Source: an uncultured delta proteobacterium (GTDB lineage: Bacteria > Desulfobacterota > Binatia > Binatales > Binataceae). Taken from it: a stretch of 64,000 nucleotides of DNA. Of the stretch, positions 39,791 through 51,595 are shown piece by piece (positions within the stretch are counted from its first letter, which is position 1; the number at the start of each line of letters is the position of its first letter). The translations under genes and the position numbers were made by a program. The DNA lies in assembly GCA_963811865.1 (NCBI GenBank), contig CAWESZ010000003.1, positions 359,779 through 423,778 on the forward strand. The letters are read 5' to 3'. The notes beneath the pieces are model-generated. The model did no database searches. It had not been told where the DNA came from and saw only the letters and a program-made list of their open reading frames with translations.

Positions 39791-40696
39791 CTACGACGCC
39801 GGCATCGAGGCGCTGCGGCCGTGCCCGCCGAGTGTCGAGGCCAGCGCGGTCAGATCGTCGTCGTCGTAGTATTCGATCTCGATCCGGCCCGGCGAGCGCC
39901 CGCGGCGGCGGATGATCCTCACCTTGCGCATCAGCGATCGTTGGAGTCCCTCTTCGAGCGCGCTCAGGTTGGCGTCGAGGCCGGTGCGGATTGCGCCTTT
40001 TCTCCGGCCGCGATGCGACTTGGCGATCTGCTCGGCGCCGCGCGACGAAATTCCCCCCTCTGCGATCTGGCGCGCCGCTTCAATCTGAACTTCGGCGGAG
40101 CCGAGCCCCAGCAGCGGCCGGGCCTGCCCCGCGCTGAGCTGCCCGCTGATCAGCATCTCGACCACCGTATGCGGAAGGTCGAGCAGTCGCACCGTGTTGC
40201 TGACGTAGGGACGGCTCTTGCCGATCCGGCTGGCCACTTCGTCGTGGCTGAGCCCGAACTCGGTGCCCAGGCGCAGGAAGGCGCGTGCCTCCTCGATAGC
40301 GTTCAGGTCCTCGCGCGCCAGATTCTCGACCAGGGACATCTCGAGCGCGGCGCGGTCGTCGAGGTCGCGGATCACCACGGGGACTTCGGTCAGCGAAGCG
40401 TTACGCGCTGCGCGCAAGCGCCGCTCACCCGCGATCAATTCGTAACGCGCGCCGCCTTCAGCCGAAACCGGCGCCGGCCGTACCACCAGCGGCTCGATCA
40501 CGCCCTGCGTCTGGATCGCCCGGGTCAGCTCCTGGAGCCGCTGCGGGTCGAATCGCTGGCGAGGCTGAAAAGGCCCCGGCACGATCCGGTCAATCGGCAC
40601 CATCGTGAGCGTGCTCGCCGCAGGCAGGCTCTCGGGCTCAAGCCTGGGGCTTTCGATCAACGCGTCCAATCCCCGTCCCAAAGGTTTCCTGATCAT
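39791..40696 (-). CDS. parB: chromosome partitioning protein ParB/Spo0J
   Basis: MIRKPLGRGLDALI..., ParB box VPVVIRDLDDRAALEMSLVENLAREDLNAIEEA, HTH. ORF-track 39791..40807 trimmed to ATG 40696. Confidence 0.85.
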   Translation of the reverse strand: MIRKPLGRGLDALIESPRLEPESLPAASTLTMVPIDRIVPGPFQPRQRFDPQRLQELTRAIQTQGVIEPLVVRPAPVSAEGGARYELIAGERRLRAARNASLTEVPVVIRDLDDRAALEMSLVENLAREDLNAIEEARAFLRLGTEFGLSHDEVASRIGKSRPYVSNTVRLLDLPHTVVEMLISGQLSAGQARPLLGLGSAEVQIEAARQIAEGGISSRGAEQIAKSHRGRRKGAIRTGLDANLSALEEGLQRSLMRKVRIIRRRGRSPGRIEIEYYDDDDLTALASTLGGHGRSASMPAS

Positions 40697-40839
40697 CCGC
40701 CTCTCCTCACTCTCCCCACCCAGGTTATGCCCGCGTGCCCGGCCCCGGCCTCGCTGCTCGCCAAGGGCACGAGCCCGCAGGCTGTTGAAAAACACTTTCG
40801 CGTCCAAATGATTTCACCGATCGCAGTTGTTTCACACGG

Positions 40840-41655
<816 letters not shown>

Positions 41656-41771
41656 CCTGAATGCTGAAGATATCTAATCTATTTACACTGGTCGATCAGA
41701 AAATCAAAGCCCCCTGGTCGAGAACGAGAAAATGTAATGATAGGTTGAGATTTTTCAGCGTGAAATCCGAC

Positions 41772-42493
41772 TTAAGCCTTACGCCAAGTGACCAGTGCAC
41801 GACCGGTCGATCGATCACCACGGTCGACTTGATAGCGCTGCCACTGGCAATCCACAAGTCCGGCGGCAAGCGCGGCGCTCTCCTGAATCGGCTGACGGGG
41901 CGTTGCGTACAAGACCGCGATTCCATCGCGGTGCAGAGCCGCGGCTGCGATCCGGTAGGTTTCCGGAAGGCTGCCGACCGCACGGACCGTAAGGCCATCG
42001 AACTCCGGGGGAAGCTCTTGGGACTGACGTGAGCGGATTCGACCGTCACATTTTTGAGATCCAGTTCGGCGATCGCGACGCGCAGGAAGCTCACCCGCTT
42101 GCGCCGCGACTCGCAGAGCGTGAAGTGCGCGGCGCAGGCCGCGGCGAGCACCAGACCCGGAAATCCGGCACCGCTGCCAAGGTCGAGAATACGGCTGCCG
42201 GTCCCGAAGGCCTCGCTCAGCACAGCACCACCGGGGCGCCCGGCAAGCACGAGCGGCATCAAGCTGTCCACCACCTGGAAGGAGATTTCAACGGGCTCAT
42301 CCGGCTGCGCCGTCAGGTTCATCTGCGATCCCCAGAGAGCGAGCAGCGCAGCCAGCGCTTGAATACGATCGAAAAAGCGGGGTGTCGGATTGAAACTGAG
42401 CCTTTCCAGCGAGCGTTCGACCAGAGAACGAACGCTGGTAACTATCGACTCGGGTTGGGGGTTGGGGCCGCGTCGACCGGTTTGACGTTTCAC
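41772..42493 (-). pseudogene. rsmG: 16S rRNA (guanine527-N7)-methyltransferase RsmG (GidB); one frameshift
   Basis: ..ILDLGSGAGFPGLVLAAACAAHFTLCESRRKRVSFLRVAIAELDLKNVTVESAHV in ORF 41696..42493. Correct C-terminus SQELPPEFDGLTVRAVGSLPETYRIAAALHRDGIAVLYATPRQ... in the adjacent frame, ending ~41772. Shift near 42010. Confidence 0.75.
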
Positions 42494-42589
42494 GTGAAAC
42501 CGGTATCGAGACCACAGGATGTCGTCAGGAAGATCCGCCGAGCATTGAAACTCAGCCGGACGGCAGAATGTTTCACGTGAAACGCGGGC

Positions 42590-44482
42590 TCAGATCGACT
42601 CGAGCGGGGTGAACGCAGCCTTTTTTCCGTGCCCGCCGCGGATATGCACCGCGAGCAGCGAGACCGCGGCTGGGGTGATCCCCGGCATCCGCGCCGCCTG
42701 ACCCAAGGATCGTGGGCGGACGTTCGAGAGCCGCTCGCGCGCCTCGGTTGAAAGCCCGCGCACCGCCGTATAGTCGAGCGCTTCAGGAATCATCGTGCCC
42801 TCAAGGCGCTTGAACCGTTCGATAGTGTCGGCTTGCCGACGGATATACCCCTCGTACTTGACCTCAATTTCGAGTTCCGCAGCTTGGTCGAGGTCGAGCC
42901 GTGGCTCGAGATCAGTTAGTCCGATCAGCTCCGCATATGGGACTTCGGGGCGCTTCAGCAGCTCGATCGCGCGAACTGCCTGCGTGATTGGGGTCGAGTT
43001 CAGTTCGATCAGGGCGCTGTTTACCGAATCACTTGGCATCACCACGGTTCGACGCAGGCGCTCGCACTCGCCAGCCACCCTCGCGGTCTTGGCCACGACC
43101 CGCGCGCCGACCGTGGCATCGAGCAGGCCGAGTTGGGTCCCGATCGGCGACAGGCGCCGGTCGGCATTGTCCTCACGAAGCAGCAAACGATACTCAGCGC
43201 GAGAGGTGAACATCCGGTAGGGCTCGCCGCCGATTCCACGCGTAACCAGGTCATCGATCATCACGCCGATATAGGCCTGCTCGCGGCGCAGGACGAGCGC
43301 CGGGTGCCGCCTAGTCTTGAGCACAGCGTTGATTCCGGCGATCAAGCCCTGAGCACCTGCCTCTTCGTAACCGGTGGTGCCGTTGATCTGGCCGGCAAAG
43401 AAAAGTCCCCTGACCAGCTTGGTCTCGAGCGACGGTTCGAGCTGGGTTGGATCGGAGAAATCGTATTCGATTGCGTAGCCCGGACGCATGATCTCGGCAT
43501 GCTCTAGTCCCTCGATCGAGCGCACCATCGCGGTTTGCACGTCGAGTGGCAGACTTGTGGATAACCCGTTGGGATAAACTTCTACGGTGTCGCGCCCTTC
43601 GGGCTCGAGGAAGATCTGATGGCGCTCTTTGCCGCGAAAACGCATCACTTTATCTTCAACCGAGGGACAATAGCGTGGACCCTTGCTCTGGATAACGCCC
43701 GAATACATGGGCGAGCGCCCGATATTGGCGGCGATGATTTCGTGAGTGCGCCTGTTGGTGAAGGTCAGATAGCAGGGGATCTGCTCGCGTACGATCGGCG
43801 TGGTCCGGAACGAGAAGGTGGGTGGCGGATGGTCGCCCGGCTGAGGCTCCAGTTCCGAGTAGTCGATCGTGCGGCCGTCGAGCCGCGGGCAGGTGCCCGT
43901 CTTCAGCCTCCCGATTCGAAACCCGAGTTTCCCCAAATTCTCGCTGAGACCCATCGCCGCGAAATCGCCGGCGCGGCCCGCCGAGTAGTTCTTCGGACCG
44001 ACGTGGATGAGTCCCTTCAAGAAAGTGCCGGTAGTCAGAATGACCGTCGCGGCCTCGAACGTCTCACCGATCTGTGATTCGACGCCCCGCACGGCGCGGT
44101 CCTCTACGATAAGCCGCTCGACACTCGCCTGACGTATCCACAGGTTGGCGGTGGTTTCGAGCACGCGTTTCATCCGCGCCCGGTAGGCGGCCTTGTCGGC
44201 CTGGGCGCGCCGGGCACGGACCGCCGGTCCCTTGCGGGTATTGAGCAGGCGGAACTGAATTCCGGTTTCGTCGATCGCAAGACCCATCTCACCACCGAGC
44301 GCGTCGATCTCCCGCACCAGATGGCCCTTGCCGATCCCGCCAATCGCGGGGTTGCAGGACATCTGGCCGATATGATCCAGGTTGAGCGTGAGCATCAGGG
44401 TCTGCGCGCCCATCCGCGCGGCCGCGAGCGCAGCCTCGATTCCGGCGTGGCCGGCGCCGACCACAATCACGTCGTAGTTCAT
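42590..44482 (-). CDS. mnmG: tRNA uridine-5-carboxymethylaminomethyl(34) synthesis enzyme MnmG (GidA)
   Basis: 630 aa, intact. MNYDVIVVGAGHAGIEAALAAARMGAQTLMLTLNLDHIGQMSCNPAIGGIGKGHLVREIDALGG. Confidence 0.9.
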   Translation of the reverse strand: MNYDVIVVGAGHAGIEAALAAARMGAQTLMLTLNLDHIGQMSCNPAIGGIGKGHLVREIDALGGEMGLAIDETGIQFRLLNTRKGPAVRARRAQADKAAYRARMKRVLETTANLWIRQASVERLIVEDRAVRGVESQIGETFEAATVILTTGTFLKGLIHVGPKNYSAGRAGDFAAMGLSENLGKLGFRIGRLKTGTCPRLDGRTIDYSELEPQPGDHPPPTFSFRTTPIVREQIPCYLTFTNRRTHEIIAANIGRSPMYSGVIQSKGPRYCPSVEDKVMRFRGKERHQIFLEPEGRDTVEVYPNGLSTSLPLDVQTAMVRSIEGLEHAEIMRPGYAIEYDFSDPTQLEPSLETKLVRGLFFAGQINGTTGYEEAGAQGLIAGINAVLKTRRHPALVLRREQAYIGVMIDDLVTRGIGGEPYRMFTSRAEYRLLLREDNADRRLSPIGTQLGLLDATVGARVVAKTARVAGECERLRRTVVMPSDSVNSALIELNSTPITQAVRAIELLKRPEVPYAELIGLTDLEPRLDLDQAAELEIEVKYEGYIRRQADTIERFKRLEGTMIPEALDYTAVRGLSTEARERLSNVRPRSLGQAARMPGITPAAVSLLAVHIRGGHGKKAAFTPLESI

Positions 44483-44608
44483 CGCAGTGGATTATGCCCC
44501 GCGCCGGGTCGGGTGCAAACCGGGGAAAAACCTGACCCGCCGGAGGGAAGCCGCGTTCTCGATACTTTTTGTTGGATATATCTACAATTTAGAGAGCGGC
44601 GGGCCCGG

Positions 44609-45985
44609 TCACTTGCCGATGCAGAATTGGCGGAAGACCGCGTCGAGCACGTCCTCGGCGCCGACCGTGCCGGTGATCGCGCCGAGCGCGTCGGCGGCGA
44701 TCATCACGTCCACCGCGACCAGCTCGGGCGGGACGGCCGCGAGCACCGCGGGCTGTGCGCGTTCGAGCGCTTCCAGAGCCACCGTCAGGGCCTGGCGATG
44801 GCGCTCGCGCGAGATCGCGATTCCGTCCCGCGCTGGCCCTCCGGCCAGCGCCTCGACCGCGCAGGTCAGGTCGTCACGCAGCGTCTCGAGGCCGTCGGCC
44901 TTGAGCGCCGAGAATGGCAAGAGCGGCATCTGGAGCGTCCCGAGACTCTGGCAGGACAGCACGGTGGGCAGATCGCGCTTGTTCAGGATCGCGACGCCGG
45001 CGCGGTTGCGGCAGAGCTCGATCACGCGCAAATCCTCAGCTTCGAGCGGCCGCGACGAATCGAACACCGCGACGATCAGCTCGGCCTCGGCCGCATGCGC
45101 GAGCGTCCGCTCGACTCCGATCCGTTCCACCTCTTCGGCGCTTTCGCGGACGCCGGCGGTGTCCTGAATCACGAGCTGCCAGGGACCGAGGCGAATTGAG
45201 TCTTCGATCACGTCGCGGGTGGTGCCCGCGATCGGAGTGACAATCGCGCGCTCCATACCGAGCAGCAGGTTCAGGATACTCGACTTGCCGACATTGGGCT
45301 TGCCGATGATCGTGGCACGAGCCCCTTCGCGCATCAGGCGGCCGCGGGCAAAGCTGTCGCGCAGCAGGCGGATATCGGCGATCAAGTCGCCGATCGAGTG
45401 CGCGATCGCCTCGCCCGACGGTAGGTCAAGATCTTCGTCGGCAAAGTCGATCGCAGCCTCCAAATGAGCACGAATTCCGATTATCGCCTCACGCAAACGT
45501 CCGACGCGCTCAGTCAGTGCCCCACCTAGCTGGGTTATCGCCTGTTGTAGTGCGCTATCGCTCCGCGCGGCGATCAGGTCGGCGATGGCCTCGGCCTCGG
45601 TCAAATCAATTCGGCCGTTCAGGAAAGCGCGCCGGCTGAACTCACCGGGTTCGGCCATCCGCGCGCCATGCGCCATCGCGAGCGCAACCACTCTGCGGAC
45701 CAGGTAGGGACCGCCGTGACATTGAAGCTCGGCGACATCCTCGCCCGTCAGGCTCCTGGGCGCGGGCATGATAACCGCGAGCGCGCGGTCGATCGTCGTG
45801 CCCGTCGCGGGGTCGCGGACCTCGCCCAGATAGAGGGTGCGGGGTTTGAGTTCGCGACGGGGACGGAGCGGACGCCAGATCGCGCGCAGGATCGCGGACG
45901 CGTCCGGGCCCGAGAGGCGGACGATCGCGACTGCGCCGGTACCGGGTGGTGTGACCGGCGCGACAATGGTGTCCTGGATATACAC
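44609..45985 (-). CDS. mnmE: tRNA modification GTPase MnmE (TrmE)
   Basis: 458 aa, intact. N-terminal THF-binding domain. G-domain IGKPNVGKSSILN..DTAGVRE. C-terminal CIGK. Confidence 0.9.
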   Translation of the reverse strand: MYIQDTIVAPVTPPGTGAVAIVRLSGPDASAILRAIWRPLRPRRELKPRTLYLGEVRDPATGTTIDRALAVIMPAPRSLTGEDVAELQCHGGPYLVRRVVALAMAHGARMAEPGEFSRRAFLNGRIDLTEAEAIADLIAARSDSALQQAITQLGGALTERVGRLREAIIGIRAHLEAAIDFADEDLDLPSGEAIAHSIGDLIADIRLLRDSFARGRLMREGARATIIGKPNVGKSSILNLLLGMERAIVTPIAGTTRDVIEDSIRLGPWQLVIQDTAGVRESAEEVERIGVERTLAHAAEAELIVAVFDSSRPLEAEDLRVIELCRNRAGVAILNKRDLPTVLSCQSLGTLQMPLLPFSALKADGLETLRDDLTCAVEALAGGPARDGIAISRERHRQALTVALEALERAQPAVLAAVPPELVAVDVMIAADALGAITGTVGAEDVLDAVFRQFCIGK

Positions 45986-45993
45986 GCCTGTGC

Positions 45994-47549
45994 TCAGCGC
46001 GCAGCCGTCACGCGCTTGATCCGAAACAGGTCAAAATAGTTGGAGCCGGTTGCCGGGTAACGCTTGACGAATTCGAGACACTCGACCGGCCGCGGATCAT
46101 CCAGGTTGCGCTCTTCGCGCCGCGACATCATCAGGTAGGCTGCATCTGGCTGACCAGCCAGCCATCGGCAGAGATTCCCGGGGCGAAGCGTCGGCAGATC
46201 GATCGGTCTCGCTCCGGCGTAATACGCGGTCTGGCCCTGCGACGAAACCACTGCGAGATCGCCTTGGGCCAACGTGCGGATGTCGGCGCCGGCCAGCTTG
46301 AACGCGCGCTGATCGTAGCCGATCGGCCAGAGCGTTCGCGGCAGCATCGTGAGCGCGACGACGATCGCAAACTTGGTTGAGGCCCGATTCCCGCCCACGA
46401 TCGGGAGCGGTCCAATCCATTCGGACCCGCGCTCGAATCCAATCATGATCCAGCCGAACGTGTACACGATGACATGCTCGATCAGCCGCGGGCCAGTGAC
46501 CAGGAGCACGAAACTGGTGAGATAGAAGCCCGCGATCAGCAGAAGCAGGCTTTCTTTCCACGAATCGAGGATTTTCGGCCCCGGAGGGCGAGCCCGAGCG
46601 CCAGCAGCAACGTCAGGAGGGGGCCCAGCGCTTCCGCCAGATAGTAGAAGGAAAAGACCAGATCGTGCGCAACCTTGAGGAAATAGGCCTGCGGATCAGT
46701 CGCCAGAGCCCCGAGCAGGGAGACGGTGCCGGCCTGTCTCAACGCCTGCCAGGGAGCCTTGTTGGAGGCGGTCTCCATCACGCTCATGGCAACGCTGTTG
46801 TTGAACTCGCGACTGACCGTCCAGCGCCCGGTCGCACGGTGAAGGTAAAGTAGATACGGCGAGGCGACGGTCAGGAAGGTAGCTGCCAGCAGCGCCGCCC
46901 ATGCAAGGCCCTGTGTGATGCGCCATCGCCGCCAGACCCACGCCCCGGCGATCACAAACCCGCCGCCGACCGCAAGGAAGCCGAACCCTTCAGCGCGATA
47001 GAGATAGGCAAGGCCGCCGACCACTCCCGCCGCCGCCACCATCGCGAGACTTTCGCGCTCGATTGCGGAGATCAGCAGGCAAAGCGCCGCCACCATCAGG
47101 CATACATAGCCCGCCTCCGTCCTCACCGACGACGAATATTCGGCCATCAAGGGATGGATAACCGTGATGGCAGCCGCACCGAGCGCGTATGATCGGACCT
47201 GAAGGACTTGCCGGATCAGCAGATAGACCAGCGGTATCGTGATGGTTCCGAAGAACGTCGAGAGCAGGTCACCGCTTAACTCCCAATTGGGGACGAGCGG
47301 ATGGACCAGCGCCATCAGCCACGGATACAGCGGGGAGAAGATCGACCCGAGGGCTCCCGTCCGATCTCCGGCGGCGAAATCCCGCGCCATCCGAACATAC
47401 TCGGGACCGTCGGCGGAGATACAGTAGCTGGCGAAAACGAGGTAGAGGCGGATCGCCAGCCCGATCGCGGTCAGGGCCATCACGGCTGGTCCGTCGGCTA
47501 AATTGCGCAACGCCCTTGCTACGGTCCGGTCCATGTGGTTCGATTGCAT
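45994..47549 (-). pseudogene. GT-C (PMT_2/ArnT-like, GT39-type) membrane glycosyltransferase with C-terminal soluble domain; one frameshift near 46540
   Basis: ORFs 46536..47636 (polytopic, ..[19 protein letters not shown]..) and 45994..46509 join at GGGGCCGAAAATCC (LALRGPKILDSWKESLLLLIAGFYLTSFVLLVTGP...). Start guessed at an internal ATG. Confidence 0.45.
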
Positions 47550-47596
47550 GTTCGGCCCAGCCGCGCAGGCAGTCAGACAAGCATTCGTTACGACCA

Positions 47597-47755
47597 ATGA
47601 AAAGAACCTACCAGCCGCACAATCGAAAACGAACACGGAAACACGGTTTTCTGGCCCGGATGGCTTCGCCGGGCGGACGCCAGGTGCTCAAGCGACGGCG
47701 CGCCAAGGGCCGCAAGCGACTGGCGATAACGATCCCGCCCAAGCAGCCGGGCTGA
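47597..47755 (+). CDS. rpmH: 50S ribosomal protein L34
   Basis: [43 protein letters not shown] is an unmistakable L34. ORF-track 47516..47755 trimmed to ATG 47597. Confidence 0.85.
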   Translation: MKRTYQPHNRKRTRKHGFLARMASPGGRQVLKRRRAKGRKRLAITIPPKQPG

Positions 47756-47757
47756 AC

Positions 47758-48132
47758 ACGGAACGCCTTTCGCGCAGCTTCGGCGCCGCCGATCGGCTGA
47801 AGGCCAGCGCGGATTTCGTGCGTATCCAACGCCGTGGCTTGCGCTCGCAGACCGAGCATTTCGTGCTCTACGCGCTGCGATCGGCCGAGTTCGAGCGCGC
47901 CCGGCTGGGGGTCGCGGTCTCGCGACGAATCGGTAACGCGGTGGTACGCAACCGGCTCAAACGGCGGCTGCGCGAGTGCTTCCGGCTCGATCTGCGCCCG
48001 ATCATGCCGGCCGACAGTGCGCTGGTTGTAATCGCGCGCGCGGGCGCCGGCGGAATTGGAACCCCCACTATCAAGGCAGAGCTTGCGGCTGCTACTTTGA
48101 TCCTGAGCAAAAGGATGAAGGCCCAGCCTTGA
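47758..48132 (+). CDS. rnpA: ribonuclease P protein component
   Basis: ..[59 protein letters not shown].. in ORF 47503..48132. Start codon not resolved (no ATG; likely GTG/CTG just after rpmH). Confidence 0.7.
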   Translation, partial: TERLSRSFGAADRLKASADFVRIQRRGLRSQTEHFVLYALRSAEFERARLGVAVSRRIGNAVVRNRLKRRLRECFRLDLRPIMPADSALVVIARAGAGGIGTPTIKAELAAATLILSKRMKAQP

Positions 48133-48431
48133 CGCCCCGACCGTCGCTAAAAGTCACCGCTCTCAAAGCGCCGCGCGCGATCGTGGCCGCCGCAGTTCAC
48201 GTCTATCGTCTGCTGCTGTCACCCCTGATGGTCAGCCTGTTCGGGCCGGCCTGCCGTTTCGAGCCCTCGTGCTCCGAGTATGCGCACCTGGCGATTAACG
48301 AGCATGGAATCAGCCGCGGCGGCTATCTGGCCGCACGCCGGCTCCTGCGCTGCCGCCCGCTGGGCGGCCACGGCTATGATCCGGTGCCGCATCGCGCCGA
48401 CCACCTGGCGCCAAGTCGTAATGGGTCCTGA
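48129..48431 (+). CDS. yidD: membrane protein insertion efficiency factor YidD
   Basis: ..[70 protein letters not shown] start overlapping the rnpA stop (TTGA). Confidence 0.75.
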   Translation: MTPRPSLKVTALKAPRAIVAAAVHVYRLLLSPLMVSLFGPACRFEPSCSEYAHLAINEHGISRGGYLAARRLLRCRPLGGHGYDPVPHRADHLAPSRNGS

Positions 48432-48443
48432 GGAAAGAACACT

Positions 48444-50108
48444 TTGGAAACCCGGATTCTGATCGCGGTTATCCTCTCGCTGGGGCTGGTCGTAGCCTAT
48501 CAGGAGCTGGTGCTGAAGCGGCTCTACCCGCCACCGGAACGCCAGGCCGCTCCCGTGCCGACTGCGCAAGGCGTCACCTCCACGCCGGAGAACGCAGCCA
48601 TTCCAATCGTCGCGCCGCCCCCCGCCGCCTTAGGGACTCACCTTGCTGCCGCGCCCGCGCTTGCGCGTGCCGCGGAGCGCGACTTCGAGGTCGATACCGA
48701 ACTCTTCGAGGCCGTGTTCACTAGCCACGGCGCCCGCTTGAAGAGTTTCAAGCTCAAGAAGTTTCGTGAAACCTCGGCGGCCGACAGTCCGTGGTATCAG
48801 ATGGTGAAGCCGGCGCCCGGCGGCAGCCTGCCGCTGGGCGTGGTGATCAAGCTCGGCGCGGCGAGCCTGGATGATCAGGCGCTGGACTACACGAGCGACG
48901 CGCCCGCGCGGGTCATGCTCAACTCGGGCGAGAAAGCGGTGGTCGCCTTCAGTGCTCAGGCTCCGGCCGGCCTGACGATCAGGAAGACCTTCACCTTCAG
49001 TGCCGGCAGCTACGCGTTCGACATGACCGTGGATCAAAGCGGCGGCGCGCCGGAGGCGATAGGCCTCACGATGGCGCAGCCGCTCACCGCGCACGCGGGT
49101 TACTACGATATCCCCGAGATTCAGGCTTATGTTGGCGACCATGCGATCGTCGAGGCGCAGAAAGCCCTCACCAAGGGCGTCGAGCCGGCGCAAGGGGCAA
49201 TTGTCTACGCCGGCTTTGGCGATCGTTACTTCCTGTCGGTATTCCTGCCGCAGAGCACTTCGCCCGGAACGCTCGACATGTCGTTCAACGGCACCCAGGC
49301 CGACGCCCAGGTATTCTTCGCGGGCGCTCACCAGCTCAGCACGCTTGTCTATATGGGCCCCAAACAGATCGACCTGCTGGAGGCGGTCGATCCGCGGCTC
49401 AGCAAGGCGATCGATTTCGGTTGGACCGGAATCCTCGCGTTGGTGTTCCTCCGAACGCTCAAGTTTTTCCATCTGATCGCGCCGAACTACGGCCTGGATA
49501 TTATCCTGCTGACGCTCGGGATCCGCCTCGCGCTGCTGCCGATGTCGATTCGCAGCCAGCGGTCGATGATCCGGATGCAACGCCTGCAGCCCCAGATTGC
49601 GAAGATTCGCGAAAAGTTCGCCGACGATCAGGAGCGCCTGCAGCGCGAGATGGTCGACCTCTACAAGCGCAACCACGTCAACCCGCTGGGCGGATGCGCT
49701 CCGATGATCCTGCAATTGCCGGTCTTCATCGGATTGTATGAAGCGCTGCTCAACTCCGTCGAGCTGCGCCATGCGCCGTTCATTGGATGGATCACCGATC
49801 TCTCGGTGCCCGATTGCCTGAAGATCGCCGGGATGCCGACGCTGCCGATGACCCATTGCGGCGGAATCCCGGTGCTGGTGTTGCTGATGGGCGTGAGCAC
49901 CTTTCTGCAGCAGTGGATGATGCCAACGTCGCCCGATCCCAATCAGCAGCGGATGATGATGCTCTCGCCGTTAATTTTCACCGTGATGCTGGTGAATTTC
50001 CCGGCCGGCCTATCGCTCTATTACCTCTCATCCAACGTGCTCGGGATCGTGCAGCAATTCGTTCTCAACCGTGAGTTCAAACAGGTACCCGCGGTGGCAA
50101 CCGCATGA
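48444..50108 (+). CDS. yidC: membrane protein insertase YidC
   Basis: 554 aa, intact. N-terminal TM, periplasmic domain, C-terminal 5-TM core (..LLTLGIRLALLPMSIRSQRSMIRMQRLQPQIAKIREKF..). Confidence 0.9.
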   Translation: METRILIAVILSLGLVVAYQELVLKRLYPPPERQAAPVPTAQGVTSTPENAAIPIVAPPPAALGTHLAAAPALARAAERDFEVDTELFEAVFTSHGARLKSFKLKKFRETSAADSPWYQMVKPAPGGSLPLGVVIKLGAASLDDQALDYTSDAPARVMLNSGEKAVVAFSAQAPAGLTIRKTFTFSAGSYAFDMTVDQSGGAPEAIGLTMAQPLTAHAGYYDIPEIQAYVGDHAIVEAQKALTKGVEPAQGAIVYAGFGDRYFLSVFLPQSTSPGTLDMSFNGTQADAQVFFAGAHQLSTLVYMGPKQIDLLEAVDPRLSKAIDFGWTGILALVFLRTLKFFHLIAPNYGLDIILLTLGIRLALLPMSIRSQRSMIRMQRLQPQIAKIREKFADDQERLQREMVDLYKRNHVNPLGGCAPMILQLPVFIGLYEALLNSVELRHAPFIGWITDLSVPDCLKIAGMPTLPMTHCGGIPVLVLLMGVSTFLQQWMMPTSPDPNQQRMMMLSPLIFTVMLVNFPAGLSLYYLSSNVLGIVQQFVLNREFKQVPAVATA

Positions 50109-51105
50109 GCGCCAAAGATTCCGTTGAAGTAACCGCTCCTACCGTTGACGACGCCGTCAGTCAGGCGCTCATTCAGCTCGGCGCGACTAAGACGACGTGG
50201 TGATCGAGGTCTTGAGCACGCCGCGCTCGGGCCTGCTGGGATTGGGTTCGCGCGAGGCGCGTGTGCGCGTCAGCCTCCGACCCACCGAGGGCGCGCATAG
50301 CGAGGCCCAGTCGCCGCCACCGGCGCCCGCGCGCCGCGCGCAGTCCGAATCGCTGGCCAGCCCGCAACCGGTCAAGGCCCGCGGGCCGGAGCCCAGCCGC
50401 GAGCCGAGGCGCGAAGCCCCGCGCCCGCCGCGCGATGAGCCCGCCGAAGCAGGACCGGAAGCAGAGCGCGCCGAACCCGGTCGCCCGCCCGCCAACATGG
50501 CGGAACAGGAACGCGAAGCGACCGCGATCCTTGCGCAAATCCTCGAGCTGATGGGCGAGAAGGCCGAGGTTCGCGTGACCGCGAGCGACGCGGAGGCGAT
50601 CGAGATCGAAATCAAGGGCGACGGCTCGGGAATCCTGATCGGACGCCACGGCCAGACCCTCGACGCGCTCGAATATCTCCTCAACCGGGTAGTCGCGCGC
50701 AAAATCAAGGACGCAGTCGCGGTCGTGATCGACACCGAGAGCTACCGCGCCCGCCGGCGTAGTCAGCTGGAGCGGATGGCGCTCTCGATGGGCGAGCGGA
50801 CCAAGCGCGAGCACACCAAGATGGTGATGGAGCCGATGGCGCCGCGCGACCGGCGGATCGTGCATCTCACGCTTAAGGACGATCCCCTCCTGACGACGCG
50901 TTCGACCGGCGAGGGCTATATGCGTACCGTCGAGATTCTGCCGGTCGAGGGCCGGCCGGAGCGCGGCGGCGACCGGGGCGGGGGCGGCGGCAGTGGTGGC
51001 GGCGGTGGCGGGAATCGAGGTCGCGGCCGTCCGCGCGAGCGCGAGACCGAAGCGCCGGTCGGCCAGCAGGGCGGCTTCGCGCGGGGTCAGAAGCGGATCG
51101 TCTGA
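50106..51105 (+). pseudogene. jag: Jag/KhpB RNA-binding protein (Jag_N, KH and R3H domains); one frameshift near 50188
   Basis: ATG 50106 overlaps the yidC stop (ATGA). MSAKDSVEVTAPTVDDAVSQALIQLGATK then (other frame) DVVIEVLSTPRSGLLGLG...KH...R3H (RIVHLTLKDDPLLTTRSTGEG). One G missing in AAGGACGAC. Confidence 0.75.
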
Positions 51106-51333
51106 GATCCTGGCCGTTGCACTCCTGAGTCCCGCATAATGGACAGCCGCGCCAGGTGAACATTGGCTGGCTGGTCTTGGGCCCGCGTAATCGGCTCTGG
51201 ATTGACACACGCTCTTGTGGTGCGAAGCTCCGGCGGCATCGAGCGAGCGCAATCGCAGTTCGGGGTTTTGCAAGCGACACGATGTAGTCGCGCCTGACAA
51301 AACAGCCCACGCGGGGGACTACTGGGCAAGAAG

Positions 51334-51595
51334 ATGATCCGGGGGACGCGCATCGGAGCGCTGCTCGCCAGTGGCGCGATCCCGGGTCTGGCCGACCAAC
51401 GCCACCTGCACGTTCAACGGGACGTTCACCGTCGATAACTCGGGCGCCGCGACCGCCTCGGGCACCTCGTCCTGCTCGGTCTCCGGCCCCACCGCCTCCG
51501 GCCTCACCTCTGCCAACGGCAGCGGCAATCGCAATAGCGGAGCTTCTGCGTCCGCTAGCGATGATGCCTTCGCGGCGTGTCCATCTTCCCCCTGA
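51334..51595 (+). pseudogene. possible small secreted Gly/Ser/Thr-rich, 4-Cys protein; frameshift between signal peptide and mature part
   Basis: MIRGTRIGALLASGAIPGLA (signal-like) in one frame. ..TNATCTFNGTFTVDNSGAATASGTSSCSVSGPTASGLTSANGSGNRNSGASASASDDAFAACPSSP* in ORF 51371..51595. 3' end overlaps the convergent beta-helix gene. Weak. Confidence 0.2.

Noticed and set aside
50173-51300. 375-aa minus-strand ORF overlapping jag
   Set aside because: Antisense to a conserved Jag/KhpB gene. Arg/Ala-rich shadow ORF.
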